From contig CAZJAO010000004.1 of assembly GCA_964544395.1 (NCBI GenBank), positions 1 through 47,204 on the forward strand: DNA of 47,204 nucleotides, in the 5' to 3' direction. The position numbers and the translations under genes were made by a program. This document shows positions 45,119 through 47,204 of the stretch, piece after piece; the first letter of the stretch is position 1, and each line of letters starts with the position of its first letter. The notes under the pieces were generated by a model, which was not told the DNA's origin, did no database searches, and saw nothing but the letters and a program-made list of their open reading frames with translations. Origin of the DNA: Candidatus Woesearchaeota archaeon (GTDB lineage: Archaea > Nanobdellota > Nanobdellia > Pacearchaeales > GW2011-AR1).

Positions 45119-45712
45119 TTATCTGAGAACAAGGTTTTTCTTGAAATGTTCTTCTGTAATTTTCCAAACTGCAAATGCAATGAAAAGCGCACCAATTAAA
45201 TCAATACTATAATGCCCTCTACTCAAAATCATAGATGCAACTTCTATTATCAAAAGAATCAAGAAATAAATCTTCCAATTTTTGGATTTGTCTTTTAGTG
45301 CAAATAAAAAGAAAAGTAACACTGTTCCGATATGCCCGCTTGGAAACATTCCTCCATTAGGCAGGAAAGCTAAATTCAGACCGGGAATGGGGTGGGGATT
45401 TCCTAGAGGGGTTAAGTAAATGAATGCGGCTCTTAGCAGATTATAAATTCCGATAACGACAGCATAAAAAGGAAAGTTCTTTATTCTCTTTTTAGAGAAC
45501 ATAAAAAACAAAAATGAAACTACTGAAAGGATAAGAATTATATCTGCAAGCCATAGAATATTTATGAAAGGAGTATAGTTAAATAAAAAATCTTGGGCAA
45601 CAGGAAGATTTGGATAAACTTTATACAAATTTATATCAGCAAAAGAGGCCACAGCCATAGAAAAAATAAAGAAAGCAAGTGCAAGGCTAACAATCACCCA
45701 TCTCTTTTTCAT
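45119..45712 (-). CDS. PAP2-superfamily membrane enzyme (sphingomyelin-synthase/IPC-synthase-like phosphotransferase)
   Basis: LRAAFIYLTPL, GGMFPSGH and SRGHYSID catalytic motifs; about 5-6 TM. Confidence 0.75.
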   Translation of the reverse strand: MKKRWVIVSLALAFFIFSMAVASFADINLYKVYPNLPVAQDFLFNYTPFINILWLADIILILSVVSFLFFMFSKKRIKNFPFYAVVIGIYNLLRAAFIYLTPLGNPHPIPGLNLAFLPNGGMFPSGHIGTVLLFFLFALKDKSKNWKIYFLILLIIEVASMILSRGHYSIDLIGALFIAFAVWKITEEHFKKNLVLR

Positions 45713-45948
45713 ATCTTCTCTACAATTTGAAACTTTAAAAATTATAGGCCTGAACTTAGATAAATTATTATTCTTTAATCAATAAAATAAATTTTATTTT
45801 AGTGCCCCTAAAAAATAATACAACCATTCTTTTCAGATTTTTATTTTCAAGATTATTTTTTATTTTTATTAATATCGTCGGAAAAAAGAATAATTGAATC
45901 TTCTCAAATTATCCAAAGATTTATAAATATAAACTTTCTATTTATGAA

Positions 45949-47204
45949 ATGAAAAAGAAAAGAGGGATGCTCGTGCCATTGTTGGTACTTGCTGGACTCT
46001 TAGTATTGGCTGGTGTTTATCTCTTATTCATTGCTCCTTCTGTTGTTATAGTTCCTCCACAGAAAATTGCGGTTCTAGTTCCTATTGTAAAAACTCCAGT
46101 TCCTGCTGTTCTTTTTGTTGGAGTAACTCAAGTTAATCCTTTGGGTGCCGCAACAGGACAGGTACTTAGCAATAACGTTATTGTAACCTTTAGTGAAGCA
46201 ATGGATCCTGCAACAATTAATGCGAGCACATTCCAAGTAAGAGGACCAGGTAACATAACTATACCGGGGAATTATACTTCTGATACGACCGGAAAGATTT
46301 GGACATTTAATCCAACATCTAATTTTCAATATAGTTCATCATATAATATGACGATTACTACTGGCGTTAAGGGGAGTACTGGTGATTCCTTGCCCGAGAA
46401 TTTTGTTTGGGGCTTTGCAACTAGTAATTCGCCAGCTTCACGTACTGGAGGAGTAAGTGGAGGTAGTGGGGGAGGATCTTCTGGAGGAAGCGCTGCACCG
46501 GTAATTCCGCCTGTCGGAACGGGTTCACTTTTATCACCTGTAAATCTTGGAAATGCTACTGGTTTCGCTCTTTTAGGGGGTACTGGAATCTCTGATACTG
46601 TTCCGGCATCTTCTGCTATCGTTGGAAATGTTGGAGTAAGTCCTGCTGCTGGTTCATTTATAACAGGCGTATCATGCACAAAAGTGGCTGGAACAATCTA
46701 TGAAACAAATACAGGATATACTGGTGGTTTTGATTCAAACGCAACTTGTGCTGCAGGTACTGGAGCTAATATCACTTTGGTAAACAATGCAGTGGCTGAT
46801 GAATTGACTGCATATAATACTGCTAGAGGATTATCAAATCCTACTGCTACAGAACTATATACTGGGAATCTTGGTGGACAGACATTAACGCCAGGACTTT
46901 ACAAATGGAGCACTGCTGTAACAATACCCACAAGTGTAACTCTTGATTGCCAAGGTAATACCAGTGCAGTTTTCGTATTCCAAATAGCACAAACTCTTGT
47001 TGTCAGCAATGGTCAAAGTGTAAATTTGATTGGTAGTTGCCAAGCTAAGAACATTTTCTGGGAAGTCGATACGCAAACAACACTTGGAACTACATCTGTT
47101 TTCAATGGAAATATCCTTAGTGGAACAGCAGTAGTGATAAATAGCGGTGCAACATTGAATGGAAGAGCATTTGCACAGAGTGCGGTTACATTAAGCGGTA
47201 ATGC
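45949..47204 (+). CDS. Secreted adhesin: class III-like signal, Ig-like (Big_5-type) domain, Gly/Ser linker and DUF3494 ice-binding-like domain; runs off the right edge and is not in the ORF track
   Basis: Stop-free frame from ATG 45949 to the end: MKKKRG|MLVPLLVLAG..., VTFSEAMDPATIN..TFNP..Y..TITTGVK..G..L..NFVWGFAT, then PVNLGNATGFALLGGTGI, GNVGVSP, LGGQTLTPGLYKW, VFVFQI, AKNIFWEV, FNGNIL, GATLNGRAFAQSAVTL. Confidence 0.9.
   Translation, partial: MKKKRGMLVPLLVLAGLLVLAGVYLLFIAPSVVIVPPQKIAVLVPIVKTPVPAVLFVGVTQVNPLGAATGQVLSNNVIVTFSEAMDPATINASTFQVRGPGNITIPGNYTSDTTGKIWTFNPTSNFQYSSSYNMTITTGVKGSTGDSLPENFVWGFATSNSPASRTGGVSGGSGGGSSGGSAAPVIPPVGTGSLLSPVNLGNATGFALLGGTGISDTVPASSAIVGNVGVSPAAGSFITGVSCTKVAGTIYETNTGYTGGFDSNATCAAGTGANITLVNNAVADELTAYNTARGLSNPTATELYTGNLGGQTLTPGLYKWSTAVTIPTSVTLDCQGNTSAVFVFQIAQTLVVSNGQSVNLIGSCQAKNIFWEVDTQTTLGTTSVFNGNILSGTAVVINSGATLNGRAFAQSAVTLSGN

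Noticed and set aside
45713-45948. AT-rich gap upstream of the adhesin as a second origin
   Set aside because: No ORB-like boxes; it reads as divergent promoter DNA (TTTATAAA at about 45920) with T-rich tracts
3404-46679. The many 60-165 aa ORFs of the track lying antisense or out of frame within larger genes (e.g. 3404-3607, 7952-8299, 15988-16482, 25975-26412, 33784-34098, 44353-44679, 46326-46679)
   Set aside because: Shadow ORFs fully overlapping well-supported genes, with no independent motifs

Overview
Low-GC, tightly packed archaeal chromosome segment. Gene content and synteny point to a DPANN archaeon, most likely Pacearchaeota/Woesearchaeota-like (inference, no phylogeny run). It contains: (i) a replication hub with an ORB-flanked AT-rich origin, cdc6, and PolD DP1 and DP2 separated by a HAD phosphatase; (ii) housekeeping genes (tyrS, DRG-like GTPase, split Hef helicase/XPF nuclease, RPA, radA, ndk, EndoQ-like, aIF2alpha, nop10, RecJ/DHH, uS15, EF-1beta, MinD-like, SRP54, tRNA-Arg(GCG), intron-containing tRNA-Gln(UUG)); (iii) a ~13 kb type IV pilus-like locus with a large ATPase, a double-domain platform protein, about ten pilin-like ORFs (several missed by the ORF track) and an A24 prepilin peptidase. 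The top observation is a pilin-like protein with a class III signal whose globular part contains an inserted zinc-amidase (Amidase_2/AmpD-like) peptidoglycan-hydrolase domain with His/His/Asp ligands and the catalytic Glu intact, suggesting a pilus-displayed enzyme or adhesin aimed at bacterial cell walls. Other notable items: a class III-signal Ig plus DUF3494 ice-binding-like adhesin running off the right end, an ArmA/Rmt-like 16S methyltransferase, an ORB-like box embedded in a coding sequence, a bud32 with two in-frame stops, and an internally deleted TctA remnant. All calls come from reading motifs by eye; no database searches were run.
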